A DNA stretch of 64,000 nt, from NCBI GenBank assembly GCA_051362555.1, contig CM120643.1:5580001-5644000 (forward strand), given 5' to 3'. A program made the translations under genes and the position numbers. Below, in pieces: positions 1-14,026 of the stretch. Positions within the stretch are counted from its first letter, which is position 1. Every line of letters starts with the position of its first letter. Under the pieces are notes generated by a model. The model was not told where the DNA came from, did no database searches, and saw only the letters and a list, made by a program, of their open reading frames with translations. The DNA is from Lingula anatina (taxonomy: Eukaryota; Animalia; Brachiopoda).

Positions 1-40
<40 letters not shown>
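1..40. repeat. (TAT)n microsatellite
   Basis: Perfect TAT repeat at the window start. Confidence 0.95.
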
Positions 41-42
<2 letters not shown>

Positions 43-94
43 CATCCCATGATACATATCTGTTAGGTAATCTATGTCCATATTTGATCATTTT

Positions 95-1946
95 GGGGAA
101 ATCCAAGATGGCCTTCTTTTCCCCATAGGAAAACTGGTGCATTGGATTTTATAGGCACTTCTAAGGCAAATCAGGGTCATTATGATATTTTGTCAAAATA
201 CTTAAAGGTACACACTTGTTACCCACCAGACAGATATCTCAAAGTCCAAAAAGAATGTGGGAAATACGGAGAAACAAAATTCATTTTATATTGAACCCAA
301 TGTCACTCTGGCACTAGTTGACTGTATTATTCCTATTGTGAATTGCAGCAATCTTGAATTTTCTCAAATACGCAAGATGCACACTTGCTACACACCAGAT
401 TTATATAGAGTAAGGTTAATAAGGATGTCAACATGTTTAAATATCAAACGGCTTTATTTCATGTTGGAATCAATGTCTGAACTGTTCCATTAATTGACAC
501 CTATGTGCATTTGAATGATGTATTCCTATCGCAACTGGCATCTATCTTGGGTTTTCTCTGAATAGTACTCAATGATACATACACTTTCTACACACACAGA
601 GTCTTTCAAAAGGATAAATAGGATATGAAAGGGAAAACATTTAAAACAATCTGAAGTTAACTGCATTTAAATTGTACTCAGTGTATCTCCGGCATTATTT
701 GATTATGTGTACGAATATTCTAATGACAAAAGGCAGACATCTCGAATTTTTTCAGAATACCCAAAGATACACACATGCTACATACGAGGTATACATCATA
801 GGGGTAATAATAAATGGAGAGAAAAACGTAAATTATTTTTTAAAACAAACCCATGGTAATGTAATTGTATAACGAACCACATGCAGCAATTGAAACCCAC
901 CCATTAGTATTCCTATGTCAAATTGTAGCTATCTTGGATTTTCTCAGAATATCCAAGGATGCACACTATTTACCCACCAGATATATATCATAGGACTAAT
1001 AAGGATGGGCAAAACTTGATAAGCAAACACTATTTCACCCTGGTAGTAGATGAAAAGCCATGGATGTGCAGTTGTAATTCCAGTAGTATTCCTATGGCCA
1101 AGACGGCCATCTTGGATTTTCTCAAAATGATCAAATATGCACATTTATTACCTGCTAGATATGTATCACAGTGTAATGATAATGTGTAAAACACTGAAAA
1201 AATAAACTGAATTTGATAGTGAATTATGTTTTTCCTAGCTGGAATTAGTTCTAACCCTTTGTAATACTAGAAGAATTCCTATGACAAATGGCGGCCATCT
1301 TGGATTTTCTCATAATGCCCAAGAATACATGTTAGTTACTCACCACATACATATTGTGTGGAAGGGATGTGGAAAACACTCAGAAACAAACTTAATTTGA
1401 TAGTGGAAAATTAATCTTTCCAGTTGCTATTAGTTGAATTCTTCGTATACTAGAATTCCTGTGGCACATGGCAGCCATCTTGGATTTTCCAAAATGCCCA
1501 AGAGCACTTCGTAGTTACTCACCACAAACATATTATGTGGGTAACAAAAATCTGAGAAACAGACTTAATTTGATAGTGGACAACGTATCTTTCTAGCTGG
1601 TATTAGTTGTGCACTAGTATTCCCATGGCTGTTTCTCTGGCATATGACAGCCATCTTGGATTTTTTCAAAAGGTCCAAGGGAACTTGTTTGCTACCTGAC
1701 ATATATGAATAAAATGGGTAATTAAGAGTGTGGAAAACAATTTATTTGATTAAAATCAACATGGGTATGTATATATTTCTAAAGAATTCCATAAATTGGC
1801 GGCCATTTTGGATTTTTTGACCAAACGGTAAATTGTTTGAGAGGGCTACGGCTCTAATTTGATTTAGAATGTCAAAAGGTAACTACATGCCAAATTTGGT
1901 GCTTTTATCCGCCGTGTCACGATTTTTTCCTTAAGCCACCGGACTA
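95..1946. mobile_element. End of a non-autonomous DNA transposon with ~180-190 bp degenerate internal repeats (Academ-like terminus)
   Basis: The motif (G)GC(G/A)GCCATCTTGGATTTT recurs near 349, 540, 930, 1104, 1290, 1470, 1649 and 1798, and once inverted near 101. The segment ends in GCCAAATTTGGTGCTTTTATCCGCCG...AAGCCACCGGACTA, which resembles the TAG...CTA termini of Academ elements as I recall them. The other end is not seen in the window. Confidence 0.45.
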
Positions 1947-2534
1947 TAAAATTTTGACTGCATTTCTATTTATTTGTGTTCAACAAGGGTGAATTTAATT
2001 AGAATGTTTTTAAGCGAATTTTAAGGAGAAAGCCGAGAGAAAAAATAATAACCGTAACAGTTAAAATATTCAGATGTAAAAAAAAGATTTCAGATTTGTG
2101 TAAGGCTTTCACTTTTAAGATAATGATTTTCTATTTATGTTTGAATGATGATAAGCTTAAAACATTTTCCTGTAAAGCTCTCTTTAAGAGAAACGGAAGG
2201 AAAAGTCTTCACAATATCTTATTTCATGTAAAAAGTTTCATATGCATAGCTGACTAAATAAACATTATGTTAATTCTAAGTCACCGCTGTAATCATATCT
2301 ACTTCGAGAATACCCCTCTCATGTTGGAAGTGGGTGTGATTGCTTATTTTCTTTCATAGCCAAAATCGAATTTTCCAAGTGAAGCAACCCATCGTGGTAT
2401 ATTTAACCTGGGGCTGATCACATGACATGTCGAATTCCAGGTTGATATTCTAAGCAACATTTCCAGACGTGACCGCCACCGCCATGCCATCCCTAGGTAT
2501 ATCCAATGCCATTTTCACCCCAGCATAGAGTGCG

Positions 2535-2584
2535 CAGGGGCGGATCCAGGATTATTTGAAGGGGGGTCCGTGGATGCGGAGCGA

Positions 2585-2615
<31 letters not shown>

Positions 2616-2772
2616 ACTTGGCATGGGGTTTGGGGCCCGCTGAAGGGCCCGCTGAATTTTGGTATTTTAGAGGGCGAACGGTGCCATTTGGTACGGTTGA
2701 GAACTATGATTCAGCTAGTCAAAATTCTAATTTGAAGAGGGGACCAGAAATCGAAGAAAAAATCCGCCACTG
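2535..2772. mobile_element. MITE with CAG(G/T)GGCGGAT terminal inverted repeats
   Basis: Starts CAGGGGCGGATCC, ends AATCCGCCACTG. No clear target-site duplication. Confidence 0.6.
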
Positions 2773-2798
2773 AACATCAGCCAGTATCTTAGAGAACA

Positions 2799-3009
2799 TT
2801 CCCACAGATATCTAGATCGATCAATCCCCCTGGGGAGTCTCACTAGATTGCTGTCAGCTTAACTGGCTTAAATGTCTGTCCCGCCTACTAAAAGCTGTTC
2901 GAGAGTAATTAACTTTGTGCGCGCTCGGCTCCCGGAAGCTGACAGCAATTTAGCGTGAACCCCCAGGGAGTTAGGTCGATCCAGATGGATCGATCTAAAT
3001 CTGTGGGAA
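2799..3009. mobile_element. Foldback MITE
   Basis: TTCCCACAGAT...AGATCGATC...CCCCTGGGG...ATTGCTGTCAGCTT is mirrored by AAGCTGACAGCAAT...CCCCCAGGG...GATCGATCTAAATCTGTGGGAA. A fragment of the same end recurs at 5461-5481. Confidence 0.7.
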
Positions 3010-3521
3010 CCCAGTCTTAGGTCCAGCAGTTTAAAGTATTTGACAATTCATTTTTCCTTTTAAGCAAAATGTAAAAATTGAAAGAACATTGATTTTTAAA
3101 AATACCAATGCATGTTAATAATAAATTATGTACATGTAAGTCACTGTGTGGGTGAAAGCATCTCTTAATAACCATTAAAGTTGTATACTGCTAAGTAGCT
3201 TGGTTTCCACATTTTCTTTCCACCTTATACATGTGCCTTAATTGGCAGATTTTAAATATCAAAACTTGTGTTACAGAATACACAGTGATGGATAAAATAT
3301 TTTTATCAAACAGATGGATAACATAACTGGTAGCTAAATTAAAATGTTTAACCAAATAATTGATAAATTTGACAAAATACATTAAAAGATTCAACATAAT
3401 ATTGCCTTAAATCAAACTAGACTGTCACGGGTAAGAACGTGGTTGCATTAGTCTACTTAAATCTTTAGGCCTTTTTTAATCTATTTTTTCTCCTTTTTTG
3501 TAATGGACAAAGGTTGAATCG

Positions 3522-3559
<38 letters not shown>

Positions 3560-6164
3560 TGGGTGGGGGCTGAGGGGTGGGGGTAGGTCCTCAGGTCCTT
3601 GGTCCACTTGATTAGCTTATGCTGTACATGGAAGAATCCAGTATATCATAGAGTAGGGTGCTTCCTGTTGATGTTCTGATATTTAAACCTGATAGTCACC
3701 GTATATTTTAAGCTTAATGATTTTTCATGCGCAAATGGTCCCTATAGCTACAATGACTTATGGAAGTTAAGTACATGATTATCTGAAATAAGACTTTTGA
3801 GACTCCAAATCTTGTTCATAAGCTTTGCACTATAGCATGGATCGTTGATCATTTGTACATGTAATACATAACCTCAAAATGACGTTCGCTGTTTGCATAT
3901 GTCATAATTTCTCATTTCACCCTTACCATTGTACTCCATTCCTAATCACAAGTATCAACTTAACACGTAACGCTTCAGAACCTCTTCCTGGCCATCCTAC
4001 AGGACCCTGTGTTAAATAATGTGTTTGATTCATAAATGCAGGACCTTTGTTGACGCCCTAGACGCCCGACGGCGTAATAGATAGTAGTAGTAGCTGAAGG
4101 ATTACTGATAACATATACATGAAATCAATAAATGTTATTTAAGATTGAATCATGTATAAGTAAATCCAGACCAAATCTTAATTGAGGTCAAATTTGAAGC
4201 ACTTTCACGAGAACGATTTTACTTAGACATAATTCAATTATACATAACATTTGTTATTACTTATATATTAAACAAAGAAAAACCCTTCAGCCTTAATGAT
4301 CGATATATAAATCATAATCATATCTTACTTAGATTCCCTAATAAAAAAGATGCTCTTTCTCCAACCCTTTTTGCAATTGAACTGAATCCCTGTGCAGTAA
4401 ACCTACTTGTATCGATTACATGTATAACTCACCAACTGTTCTACGAAAACTCTCCAAACCCAATTTAGTAATACTTGTAATACTAAGAAAATTTACCAAA
4501 CATATATCAACAAAGCATTCTAGACTAAAATTCTTTAAAAATTTCAATAACATTACTGGTTTATTGTTCTGAAAATGGCAATTGAACTACTTGTACCCCC
4601 CCCCCCCCCCTACATTACACACTCAAACCTGATATAATGGTAAAGGTGCATGTCACATGCTGATCTATCAGACAATAAAATTGAACGAATTTGAAGTTGT
4701 ATTCAATTATTTTAACACATAAACCTATACTAATGAAGGTAACAGGTCTATGATATAAGAAAGGCAAAAAATTAAAAATAAATGAAATACGATGAATAAA
4801 TCCATCAACAGTGTCGTTTTGCCTTCGGACAAAGGTATTCAATATGGTTTGCTAAAGATGGAACCCTTAATTTTGGTAGATGTTTTTCTTAGTTGATTTT
4901 GCTTTTGTTGTAGGTTTGTCTGACCGTGTAAAGTTTATTCATTTATGTTTTCATTGTATACCTCTGCTCCGAGGTTTAATTGCTAGGCCCTGCTAGGCCC
5001 CTGTGGAGGCGGGGAGACCATCAGGCATCAGCGGCAGCGCTTTTGAACTATATTTAATCGGCAGATCAGGAAGTACTCGGAACATCCATTCTGAATGGGG
5101 CCTGTGTTAATGGTTAATACTTAGCTCACTTGTAAAACTACAGTATTATATCGTCGGCATTGTATTTTGCACTGTAGTCTGCAATAAGCTTCGATTCTAC
5201 ATTTTTTTATCTGGAATGAATATCGGTGTGAAAATAATGCAGTAAAATGTATTGAAACATTTTTCCTATAATTATGATGAACGAATTAATAACATGTCAA
5301 AGACAGGTTACATGAATAAAAACGAAGCCAGTCAAGCACGCGCACACACAGATACAGATAAGGAGCAAGTTGACGAGCAAACTTGCTACCACCTTCACCT
5401 GAGCTGAATATAATAGGATGAGGAGGTCAGTGGAATGCTTAAATTTTGACTTAGACCCCATTCCCACAGATTTTAGATCGAGCCAGCAATGTAAAAGGGG
5501 GTTCTTTTCCTGAAAAAGTGGACCTTTTTTCGCGAAACGTAACCTTTGTTTTTTAATCGTTTTTCGAAGTTTTCATCGAAGAATAACAAAGGCGCTGTTA
5601 GTCATTTAAGCATATTTAATTTGCTGAAAAGTTTTGACACACCCTAAAGTAAAGTGTAAGAAGAACAAAAATATCACAGCAACATGGGTAATATGCAGTA
5701 TCATCTGATGTATAAAATTGAAATTGCACAATGAATCAATACTGCCATCACACAAAATCATCTGATTTAAAGTAAAACAGCACCAAGCATACTGCACATA
5801 TGATATCGCTAATATAGACTTGTGCACCATTGTGAAAAAAACTTGTTGAGACTCATAAAAATGCTCCATTTTTACAACAGCAGTTTACACCAAAAATTTG
5901 ACAACATAAATTTGCACCAAATTATACACCATTCATAAAATGCACCAATTATTACTCTTTCCTGAAGCTGAACATGTAACAAAAGCGAGGAAGGTTTAAG
6001 TGATCTTAGCACTCATCATCTATAAACAAAATTTTTAACTGCACATTACTAATACACAACTGAAGTTGCAAATGTATATATACTGCATATCTATAAACTT
6101 GCAAAAATGAACATAAATATATACACATTATGTTCCAAAATATTTTAAAGTTTTACAAGGAAGT

Positions 6165-8615
6165 CTAAATCCATCCTTTGTTGGTGCTTTCTAGCAAAAT
6201 ATCCACTACCAGTTCTAAACCAATGTCCATGTTGTAATGTATATGTAGCAATGCAAGGTTGCTCAACCTCACCTTACTCATGGAAGCCCGGATGTAAATG
6301 TTCAGCCTACGAAGAGCACTGGCGCTGCGTTCACACTCAAAAGAGATTGGGGTACACATCAGGATCACACTTTTTATGACAAGTGCTGGGATATTGGGTC
6401 TCTCCCTTTCTGGCAATATGTCAAATCTGAAATACGCAAATCATTCCACTTTCTAAAACAATCTAAGAGTACCGTGGCACCAGTGTTCTTTTCATTCATA
6501 TTAAAATAAAACCATTTAGTTTGCAGAATGCATTTAATATATCCCTGATCTTAATTACCTGTTTTTCCATCTTCTTACTAGCTCTGGGAGAGGAGATCTT
6601 TCTCATAAGTTACAATATCTGTGACATCCCGCTCTCACTCACAGATCACTGATGGCAGCAAGCCCAGGAGGAAAGAGGCTGTGGTTGACAAACCTTAGAA
6701 AGTTAAACAGAAAATATCAAATAAAGAAACACTAACTTATTATTGTGTGCTGACAATATGTTTGGATGTTTATTTATACCATGGCCCATAGGAGCCTACG
6801 CGTGCGTCTTTTAGACGCCCCTTTACATGCGAAAACGACAAGGCCTATGCCGAGTTCGTCTTTTACTACAGAGCTTTGAGAGCCGAAAATGGCATGGCTG
6901 TGTCTCTTTCGCCACTTACTGAACTCCAGAGATGCGAGATTAACACGACCCATGTCGCGTTTGTCTCTCAAAAGACACTGTTATAAAACATGAAATAGGC
7001 ATTACGTTTGATTTTCGCAGCTGAATAAGTAGACCCTTATAAACGAAGTTGACGTGACCTTAGAGTCATGTCGCTTTCAACTTTTACAAACCTCCAACAA
7101 AATCTCCACACAGACGTGCGCGACATGTACTATTGGACATGGGTCAGTTGAAAGCGACATTAACCTAAATGGCTCATGTTACTTTCTGCCAATTAATTTG
7201 AAACAGAAGGACCGTCTTAAAACCCTTTATATTTGAATCCTTGAAAATAAAAATATGAGGCCATATAATTATTACAAGCAATTAGCCACACTGTTATCTA
7301 GATAGCACTAAATTATGATGGGATTCAAATGAAAAAAATGTTTTGGGACAGCACAACACTGTTTCAAATTAATTGGATTTGACATATAAGAGTTGGCTGA
7401 AAGTAACATGAGCCCTTTAGGTTAATAGGGTTTCAACTGACCCATGTCCAATAGTACATGTCGCTCGCGTCTGTGTGGAGATAGATTTTGTTGGAGGTTT
7501 GTAAGAGTTGAAAGCGACATGACTCTCAAGTTACGTCAAGTTCGTTTATAAGGGTCTACTTATTCAGCTGCGAAAATCACACGTTATGCCTATTTCATGT
7601 TTTATAACAGTGTCATCTGAGAGACGAACACGACATGGGTCGTGTCAATCTCGCATCTATGGAGTTCAGTAAGTGGCGAAAGAGACACAGCCATGTCATT
7701 TTCGGCTCTCAAAGCTCTGTAGTAAAAGACGAACTCGGCATAGGCCTTGTCGTTTTCGCATGTAAAGGGGCGTCTACAAGACGCACGCGTAGGCTCCTAT
7801 GGGCCATGGTATATTTAATGCTTCTTGTCATATATTATAATAGCACTGAAATAATGTAACGCTGTGATAGAATATGGGTTTTACATGTTAATTTTTTTTT
7901 TTTTTTTTTTTTTTTTATGAACTTACCGAAAAATTTATCATTCAGATTGTTACTGATATGCTCCAAGAAAGGAATGGCGACATTTACTTTATAACGTTCA
8001 AACACAGTTTCTGCTGGAGCGTTGCCCATATGTTTCTGCCTCTTAGAAATTCTGGGGTTGCTTGGTTCAATACCGACCTTCTAGGCCATCCGCACTGCTT
8101 GGTTATATATGAACTGAAAAGACTCCGTGACCTTTTCTCTTTCCTTTAAGTAAAACTCTGCACTTCTGCAACCTGAAACAATATAAGAAAAACATAATAA
8201 TTTTACTCTAGACAAAATATTTTGGGATTTCAAATACAGCTGATTTATTAATCTGATGTCTAAAGAAAGGTAACAGAAACTGAACTGCTTAGAAGTACAT
8301 GCATTTATATAAACAGCATTTCTGTCAGACATTAACTTAAGTAGTTTATATATATATATATATAAGACATGATTTTTTGCAATTCTGCATCAAACACACT
8401 TACCATGCTATGCGTTGGATAATATCCAATGTAGTGTTCTGTAATTTTATCGTGATTCCTGACAGATGTGATAGGTACTGATAAATGATCAGAAATGTCA
8501 CTGAGGTTACACTAAGCAGGATTTGTTGAGCCTCGCATCTGACACCCGGATCCCAATCTTGGTATTCGCGATGTTCGGCTTCATAGAGCCTTAATCCGTC
8601 CCTGTATACTAAACT
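6165..8615 (-). pseudogene. Degenerate, intron-containing hAT-superfamily transposase (PRKRIR/THAP12/ZMYM1-like C-terminal part)
   Basis: ORF 6165-6416 contains ECERSASALRRLNIYIRASMSKVRLSNLALLHIHY, a hAT dimerization-domain signature. Further pieces lie at ~6558-6690, ~7926-8175 (YKVNVAIPFLEHISNNLNDKFF) and ~8404-8615 (IIYQYLSHLSGITIKLQNTTLDI), bounded by GT/AG sites and interrupted by stops or frameshifts. Confidence 0.75.
6779..7809. mobile_element. Foldback element with ~430 bp inverted arms and TA target-site duplication
   Basis: CCATGGCCCATAGGAGCCTACGCGTGCGTC... at 6779 and its reverse complement ending at 7809, flanked by TA (6777-6778 and 7810-7811). Arms match to about 7206 and 7359. 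The twin ORFs 6774-6971(-) and 7635-7859(+) are mirror images of each other. Confidence 0.9.
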
Positions 8616-10195
8616 AAACTAAACTAAACTGAACTAAACTTAAAGTTTTGATAAAATTTCTAAGTACTGCAGAAGGAAGAAATATCGACTAATTAGTCAA
8701 TTCATCAATGATACGATTATGATAAATGAAAATTATCAAACACAAGCCGAAATACTTTCATACCGTTAGCTTACGATATGATTATGACCTGTGGCTTGAC
8801 CCTAATCACGTAGCAATTACTCACTTTCCTTGCTCGAATCAAAGAAATGGGACCTCTTCAGTCACCGTTGATGAAATGGCGAATCAGTACCATCTAGTTA
8901 TGTAGGAAATGTTTCGGATGGATATTACCATCCATACACCTTTTGGACAAATATTTTGGAGAATGGCGTGAGTTTCTTTTACTCAAGACATTCGGCTGGC
9001 AATAATCGTGGAGAGCATTCAGAGCTCACGTCTGTGAAAACTGTCCGTAAGTCTAATGTTCTAATGCCAAGTGCTGTACGTTTTTGCGCGACCTCGCCCA
9101 TCCACCTGTAGACGAAGGAACCTCTTCGTTGACAACATGTCCCCTGCTCTCGTTCTCTCCGAGAGAAAAGTTAGCTGTCAGTTTCGTGAGATTAGTAGCT
9201 ACCATTAAACGGGGACTGAAAATTACAAATTAAGAGTGAAGAATTTCAAATTGCTTAGTTAAGTTCTTTGACTTTACGAATGACTTATTCTGGCTAAGAA
9301 TAATCTAAAAAATAAAAGATTAATTGTGACATTTATTTACTACATGTATAAACATTGATTCCGTTATGCAATCCGTTATGCAATGGAATCCCCTTGCCAG
9401 AGTTAAAATGTACGGTGAAGCATTGAGTTATTTAACTGTTCCAGTAAATGTCATGTGGTGGTGTGGCATATACCGGTTGAAACTAAAGTCCTTGCCGTTT
9501 ATTTGTACTTACCGTTTATTTCTCTTTAATCCTCTTTTTACGGAAAGGGGCTGATATAAAAAAAGTCAATAGCATAAATGCAAGAGGAAAACTGACAGTA
9601 TTTGTTCTGAGATCTATGAATTCCTGACAAATCACAAGCCAAGGAGTATAAAAGTTGAAGTAGACTGATTTCAGGCACCAACTTGATTGGAAATGTGTGT
9701 GTACATGTGTGTTAAGGGGGGGGGGGGGGGGTATTCAGAAATGAATAAGCGACACGCGGGGATAGAGGGAATGTTTTTAGCACAATACAGTGTACTCCAA
9801 ACTGGACATCAGTGGACTGGGTTCTATGTCAGCGACGAAATGTTAAAATGATTAATTTAAATATACTCAATTGACTCAAAATCTTTGACTTGAAGAAGTG
9901 GACATGGTCCCTTACCCCTCTGCATCCAGGGTTTTGTTTCAGAAGGTGTCAAGATGAAATAAATAGGTGTAATGTACATGTATATATGGCGATTTTATTG
10001 CTCCGTTTAATATGCTGCTCTCATAGTTTGTAGGATGCGTGTAGTAATAGATTCGTTCTTATATTTACATTTTACATTATATAGGTAAATTCCTGTTTGC
10101 ATTGTACCTCACCACATCTTATAATGACTTGTCATTGCTTACCATAAAGCACACAAGTGCCCGCACGAGCACGTGCATATTCATGTTAGAATATG

Positions 10196-11035
10196 CACTG
10201 AGCAAAAATACAGACTTCACATTTCATATTTAAATATTTAAATTTCAAAGGCATGTCTAGGTAAAAAATGTATTATTTATTTCTAAAACGTGTACTTCAT
10301 GTGAATTTTGAGAATAGATAATTGTGTAGTCAGGTGTGTCACTTAAGCAACTGCCTTGTCTGAAGCACTGCAGCAATACGTAATGTGAGGTGACTTTTTT
10401 TGGGATGGTCCAAGAATGTATATGGCAGAGCATGGTTTATTTAAAAAGCGTCAGTATGTCGCCTGCACAGAAAATATTGAAATTTTGCATACAAATAGCG
10501 GATGTTACGGTGCATAAACTGAGCGAAGCAGTGTTACAGCATTGTTGCCCCTCGCCAGAATGGCACTAATCAGGCTGCCAGACGGATTGTATCGCAAGGA
10601 GCGTATAACTCTGTCACAGATGATAATTTGGAAAATATTGATATCGAATAACGCTTTTAATGGTTGTTGTATGAATAAGAATCAGCCATGTATTTTTGTT
10701 GCTGCATTAGGTGAATTCAATTAAAACCTGGTGTCAGAATTACACTGAGTAGCTCAATTCAGCTATTAGAACAAGATTAAAATCCTTGTTTTCGTTTATA
10801 AGTTTGAAAAGCAGAGCAAATCAAAGAAAATTTATTTGGAAAAAATATTCTTCATTAAATGTCAAGTCTGTATAAACGCCCCACGCAATACTTAAAAGAG
10901 TTAAATATATATTAAATCATACAAAGTGAATTTTCTTGTTCGGTGTGCAACAGGTTACTGTCCGTGGCCACATATCACTGACCGTAGCCCATAACATAAA
11001 TAATTCACATGGGGTGTTTATATTTTTGCTCGGTG
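10196..11035. mobile_element. Probable Tc1/mariner-like non-autonomous element
   Basis: CACTGAGCAAAAATA at 10196 and TATTTTTGCTCGGTG ending at 11035, followed by TA. No transposase recognised inside. Confidence 0.45.
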
Positions 11036-14026
11036 TATATAGATTGCATTAGAGAAGCGCATGAATCAAAGTTCATTTTTAAAATTAGCAATCTGCTGAG
11101 CTGCCAATTGCTGCAGAGACGACCCTTTGTATTTCCTCCAGGTGGCGTAGTAGTACGGTCTTGTTCGTCAAAGCAGACAAAAACTACTCAGGTGAAACCA
11201 GTCGACTAAACTAGGACAACCAGTGGCCTATATCATATTATTTCCCTTTGGGGGTGGTCAGAATCTGGGATTTATTTACTTCTGATATTATGAATGTATT
11301 GGAATATGTTGATTATATGTCCAATTTTTTATTTTAGTAAATTTTAAAAAATTGTAAAAAGTTTTACCAGTCATATGATTGGGGAGCGGTGACCAGAAAA
11401 GGCAACCACTTCCACCTGCCCTCCCCCATCAGTCTAATGGACATAAACTAGAAAGAGTTGTCACTTCTTCAAGTTCTGAGCAACCATGGCGTGAAGACTA
11501 AGGCGGTCTGGATACTAAGTATACGAATATTTCAGTTTTAGTCGATTCAATATAACATTTGAAGATCTTTATGTTAAACATACAATGATAACTGATTTGT
11601 GTTTAATTTTTAAAATGTTATTTTGCTTAAAAATGGTTTTGTGCATTCCTCAATATTTTCCCCAGGTGACATTTTGCGTCCTCCATAACTTCCTTACCTT
11701 TTCACGGCCCATGAGAATTAAAAAGACAGAAAATGCAGTTTGGTTTCATGTTATCTGTTTTGAACTCTGTATGTAGAAAACGTAAAGTTTAAACAGTTAA
11801 AGTTTAACCTTAGGAACTGAGAAAAAGTCGAGTAGGGGAAAATACAGTGGAATTGCTTTTTAAAAGCTCTCGCTATTGGTATGTTGATATTAAATGGGCA
11901 GTTCGTAGTTAAATTAAAGAAACTAATGTAGGTGTAGTACATGTAAGATACCTCAATGTCCGAATTAAACACAATGATATATGTATAGGGATATACATGT
12001 ACTTCGGTTTTGAATTTTGGCACGATTATCATATTTCAGTCTATTTATATAAAACTTGGACTGAGTTATTGCAACACTGACTTTTATGTGGCAGATTATA
12101 AGACCAGCTCTTGAAGGCACGATTTATGATCTCACTTTTGATCCTCTGATGCCCAAGGTCGATGTCATGCTGTTCATTCAAAACGCTCTGCCCAGAGATG
12201 ATTTCCATATAATTTTCAATCAATTTGACACCATGAATTTAGACGTACTTTTAAAATAAAACATTGGATATTTGAAACGTCGCACATTTCATTCTGTACA
12301 ACTACCAGTTCAAAGACTTCCCTTATTTTATTTAAGATATTTTATCTCAAAAACTACATGAAATAAAGAAAACTCAATTATTAAGTCCAGAGAAAGATCA
12401 ATGTAAAGCTCCATTTGACCTTGACATCACTGGACAAAAGTGAGCATGTAGAAAGGTTATTTTCAAGTTGCAACAGTTTACTAAAAGGTTCTAGAAGTCT
12501 TGAATTTTTGTTCGTGTTTTTGCGCAATTTTCTGATCATGTTTCTTAGATTAATAAATCATATAAATATAGGCGCAAACTCAAAATCTTGATCTTATGAG
12601 TAATGAATTTGAAGTCCATGAATCTCTTTATCCATATCAGTTGACAAACGAATATTAAATTACTGATTTTTTAAAATGAAATGTCTGTTTTTATTTTCAT
12701 TATTGAGCGCATATTTCTTCTATGTTTAACCCAGCATACAGAATATTTGAATCTCTTTGAACTTGAACTATAGTGACTTAAATCCTAGAACTGAGAAGTC
12801 AAAAATATCTTTATGGATCGTAATTTTCTTGACATTTGAAAACTTGCTGATTTTAAAAATGTCATTCTACTGTCCGCAAGCGAATATTTTGTTACAAAAG
12901 TGAATTCTAAAGAGTTTATAAATTTTAGTGTCTGTTTGGGAGACTTTCGTAAACTTGAACAAATTTATTTAGCGAAAATAAGTGTAGATCTGTCTGTTTT
13001 ACCGTGCATAAAATGGAAAATACATTTTGTTTACGGTTGGTATTTATTTCAAATTTTTCACCATCATAGTAATAAGAATCCGAATAAAAAGCAAAGCGTC
13101 AGTAAGATTAATAATGTACATTTCTGGAGTAAAAGTTTGTAAATGAGCAACACGAAAAGTTTCGTTGTAAATGATACCTGTGATATTTAGTTTTTGAACA
13201 AATCTGGGTTCTGTGCTAAGATGAAGGGACTATTCATGTGATTGATTATTTCCTAATTTCCAAATTCTTCTGTCGGTTGGCAGTTAGAGTCTAATTCTCT
13301 AACCAACAACTTTCATTCCCTCGACCAGCAAGTGCAGAAATGTTGTTTTTAATTTCGCGTATTTGAGAAGAATATACGTTCACAAAGTTGAAAAACATTT
13401 GCTACAAGATTTTTGGAATTGAAAGTAAATGTAGAAAAAATTAGTAATTCCATGAACTGACCCTCCGTTTTTTCCCCAGATTTGATTGCTGTACTTTTTG
13501 CATATGATGTATGTATTTAATCGATATCATTTTTGTAAGGGGATTTATAATATTTTATATCCCCAATTTTCAAGGATCTTGCGCTTTCTTTTAAGATAAA
13601 GATCCGTCTTCTCAAAACCTATGTCTGGTATTATGTCAACTGCAGTGCAGATGTTGTTTACCCTTTTTTCTTCCCAGCAAGAAACCTCGAACTCTACTGG
13701 TAGTAGCTTTTTAATTTTGAAAAGACCTATGTCTTTTCTGAAATATTTTACTTAACATTAATAAGATCTAAGATAAGAAGTTGCATTGGTAGTTTATTTG
13801 AAAAAATTGTATGCAGAAAAAAGGTTGAATTTGTTACACCTTTGAGTGAGTACTAATGTGGATAGCAATAATCTTTTCTCCTACTCAAACCTTGAAATTT
13901 TAGCGATTAAATTATTCTAATTTACATTGGGTGTATTATTTAAAATGAATGAATACGTAAATGGAACTTTGCATTGGTCTTAATAAAAACTTTCTAAATA
14001 TGCAAAATGTCTTCGTATTTTCATTG

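Noticed and set aside
6774-7859. Two near-identical ORFs on opposite strands as a duplicated gene
   Set aside because: They are mirror images within the arms of the foldback element, with no recognisable protein.
8800-9230. Cys-containing, CpG-rich coding-like fragment
   Set aside because: Interrupted in all frames and no family could be recognised with confidence.
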